A DNA stretch of 64,000 bases, taken from contig CAXXFL010000001.1 in NCBI GenBank assembly GCA_963674965.2, positions 384,001 to 448,000 of the forward strand. The letters are read 5' to 3'. The first letter of the stretch is position 1, and each line of letters starts with the position of its first letter. Under the pieces are notes generated by a model. That model was not told the origin of the DNA. It ran no database searches and worked only from the letters and a program-made list of their open reading frames with translations. This document shows positions 61,554-64,000 of the stretch, in pieces. The DNA is from a bacterium (lineage in GTDB: Bacteria; RBG-13-61-14; DATKZS01). The position numbers and the translations under genes are program-made.

Positions 61554-62810
61554 TCAGAGTTTCTTATTGACCCTCCTCAGGCTGTTTTTACAGGAAAGAT
61601 TGTCTTCCTTAAGCTCGACGCATTTTTCATAGGCATCCTTGGCCTCCTGGTATTTTCCCTGTCCCTCGAGGGCCTCTCCCTTGCTGTAGAATATGGAGGA
61701 GTCATCAGGACTGAGCTCGAGGGCCTTGTCGAATTCCCCGAGGGCCTCCTCCGTCAGCCTCGAGCTCATGTACGCGCCGGCCAGGTCCACGTGCCCCTTG
61801 GCGTTGTCCGGCTGCAGGGCGATGGCCTTTTTATATTCCTCGATGGCCTCATCCAAAAGAGCGGCCTTTTCCTCGGAGTTATTCTCGAGCTTGGACAATT
61901 GATACAGGGTCGAGCCCAGGTCGTGGTGGCTTTCGTAAGTCGGCTTTTTCTGGATGGCCGCCTGGAACGATTCCCTGGCCGCCTGGAAGTAATCCTTCGC
62001 CTCGCGGGCCTGCTGGGGACGTCTTCTTCTGCTGACGCCCTCTTTCATGGTCTGATAGCCCAGGGTGTAGTTGACGTTTCCCAGGTTATGGTGGGCCTTG
62101 TAATAATCCGGGTTTACCTGGACGGCGGCGGCGTAGTATTTCTGGGCGTTCAGGTACTTCTCCATGGAAAAGTAGACGTTGCCGATGTCGTTTAAGGTGA
62201 CGGCCAACTGGGGATGCCGGGGTCCGAGGGTATTGTGCTTGATCTCGAGCGACCTGACCAGGGCGTTTTTTGCTTCCTCCTGTTTGTCCATGCGCCTGTA
62301 GAGCCTGCCCATCACGTCCAGGGTAACGGCCACGGAAGCGTCATCCTTACCCAGGTTGTTTTCCTTGATCTCGAGGGAGGTCTTGAGCTTGTTCTCGGCC
62401 TCGTCGTACTTTTCCCTTTTAAGGTAAAGCTCGCCCTGGGCGTCGAGAATGTCGGCTATTTCCAGGTGGTCGGGCCCAAGGTTTTTCGTTTTAATTTTGA
62501 GGGCTTCCTCGAGGCCCTTCTCGGCGGCGTCCAGGTCGTCCTGGCTCATGTCGATCCTGGCCAGCTTGTAATGTATCTCGCCGGCCCTGGGGTCGTCCCA
62601 TTCCTTTTTCTCCTGGATTTTCGACAGGGTCTGACCGTAAAGACGCTCAGCCTCCTCGAAGTTGCCCGAGTCGAAGGCGTCGTCAGCCGAGGCCATGCCC
62701 TGCTCGATCTGGTCTTCCAGGCTGACCTTTTTATTCGAGGCCTGGTTACAGGCGGCCAAGCCGGCCAGCAAGATTATCCCTATAACAATCCAGACGTTAA
62801 CTATCCTCAT
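61554..62810 (-). CDS. Tetratricopeptide-repeat lipoprotein
   Basis: Lipobox LAAC; kinesin-light-chain-type repeats (LGPDHLEIA, LGPRHPQLAVTLNDIG) and classical TPRs. Confidence 0.88.
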   Translation of the reverse strand: MRIVNVWIVIGIILLAGLAACNQASNKKVSLEDQIEQGMASADDAFDSGNFEEAERLYGQTLSKIQEKKEWDDPRAGEIHYKLARIDMSQDDLDAAEKGLEEALKIKTKNLGPDHLEIADILDAQGELYLKREKYDEAENKLKTSLEIKENNLGKDDASVAVTLDVMGRLYRRMDKQEEAKNALVRSLEIKHNTLGPRHPQLAVTLNDIGNVYFSMEKYLNAQKYYAAAVQVNPDYYKAHHNLGNVNYTLGYQTMKEGVSRRRRPQQAREAKDYFQAARESFQAAIQKKPTYESHHDLGSTLYQLSKLENNSEEKAALLDEAIEEYKKAIALQPDNAKGHVDLAGAYMSSRLTEEALGEFDKALELSPDDSSIFYSKGEALEGQGKYQEAKDAYEKCVELKEDNLSCKNSLRRVNKKL

Positions 62811-63013
62811 TTGTCCTCCCACGCGACGATTCAACGGTGCATGCATCTAGTATAGAGAGATTTTCCGCCAATTCCACCGGCAGCGGAACGGCATACGGAA
62901 AGAAGTCCAATATTCATCCGGTAAAAATGCCGAAAGGCCGAGAGGAAGGAGGGTTTCCTCTCGGCCGATCCAACGGGAAGTCCCGTTAAAACACAATTTG
63001 GCCGCGGGCCGAC

Positions 63014-63817
63014 TTATCGGACCATTATCTCGTAAAGCGTGCCTGAAGTATCCAGGCCAAAGAGCCTTCCCTGTACGCCGGCCAGGAACTCGGGGTTGGG
63101 CAGGGTCCCCTCCCCTATCTTCTTCCTGTCGCCACCGCCCGAGTCGGCCGAGTAAAGGTCGCCGTTGTCCTCGACGGCGTAGATCATAGACGACACCCCC
63201 GCCGCGTCCACCGTGTTCTTCCACTTGCTCGTAAAGCCCGACCTCTTGCGCTTGCCGCTGCCAATATCTACCGTGTAAAAAGCCCCGCCCTTCTCGATCA
63301 TGCATATCTGGCCGCCGCAGGTGAAGAGGATGCCCACGTCCTCCTTGTCGAATTTCCCAAGCGCCTCCCGCTTGCCGGCCGACGGATATATGGCCCTCAT
63401 GCCCCCGTCGTCCTCGATGGTGTAAATGTTGCCGTTCATGCTGACGATGGCAATGGTGTTCTTCCACGCCCCGGGAGGACCTATGTCGCTGGCCTTCATT
63501 CCCGCCGGTTCTATCTGCTTCATAAGGTCTCCCGGGTCGAGACCGAACAGGACATTATCCGAGCCCACCAGATACTTCACGTTGTGAATCTTGCCCTTGT
63601 CCACGGCCGAGCCGGAGTTGACGTCCACCTCGACGAGGGAAGTCCCCGAGCCGTTCCTGACCGCGACGTAGAGCTTGCCGCCGGCCTCGGCCATTCCGAC
63701 GGCCCCCTGATAAAGACCCGCCTGGCCTATCTGCCTGGTCGAAACGCTTTGAGCCAATGAAGCGCTCGAGACCATCGCGACCATGACCGCCAGTGCCAAT
63801 ATTCCTTTCTTCCTCAT
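63014..63817 (-). CDS. Secreted hypothetical protein, probable beta-propeller
   Basis: Signal peptide (SLA); about 40-aa repeats ending xYxxExxGxLYxVD. Confidence 0.65.
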   Translation of the reverse strand: MRKKGILALAVMVAMVSSASLAQSVSTRQIGQAGLYQGAVGMAEAGGKLYVAVRNGSGTSLVEVDVNSGSAVDKGKIHNVKYLVGSDNVLFGLDPGDLMKQIEPAGMKASDIGPPGAWKNTIAIVSMNGNIYTIEDDGGMRAIYPSAGKREALGKFDKEDVGILFTCGGQICMIEKGGAFYTVDIGSGKRKRSGFTSKWKNTVDAAGVSSMIYAVEDNGDLYSADSGGGDRKKIGEGTLPNPEFLAGVQGRLFGLDTSGTLYEIMVR

Positions 63818-63894
63818 TTTTCACCTCTCGCTTTCTATAAACCTTAATCTTTTATTCTTGCGCCAAATTGATCCGCGCTTTTGAAAAATGAAAG

Positions 63895-63909
63895 GCAACC
63901 ATCGTGCCC
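63895..63909 (-). promoter_or_regulatory. Sigma-54 promoter
   Basis: Minus strand reads GGGCACGATGGTTGC (GG-N10-GC), about 78 nt upstream of ATG 63817. Confidence 0.65.
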
Positions 63910-64000
63910 AAATATATTATAGATCGGCTAACCGTCTTATCAATAAGAAATTTTTATTTGCAAATCTTTTTATTCGTTCCTTGCAAACGTACGATTTGTC

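Overview
GC-rich (~60% by eye) bacterial chromosome segment; gene content and sigma-54 usage suggest an anaerobic deltaproteobacterial-type organism (inference). Core genes: hisF, rimP-nusA-infB-DUF503-rbfA-nrnA-truB, perR-katG, dinB. Redox genes: a two-gene NuoE/NuoF-like module whose NuoE carries a histone H1-like tail, and a six-gene Hmc/Dsr-like membrane complex with a duplicated cytochrome b subunit and a NrfD-hexaheme cytochrome c fusion. An accessory zone (~33.5-46.2 kb) holds low-GC conflict cassettes bordered by a mosaic of palindromic repeats: a Panacea-like/DUF488 gene coupled to a partner gene, a Hint-toxin with immunity genes, and an orphan gene. The leading novel candidate is an apparently domesticated RAYT/IS200-type HUH transposase homolog (54798-55391). 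It has lost a HUH His, gained Cys clusters, has its own sigma-54 promoter, and shares TGCAACA enhancer-like motifs with the neighbouring redox locus. No rRNA, tRNA or CRISPR array was recognised. All family calls come from motif recognition by eye, not database searches.
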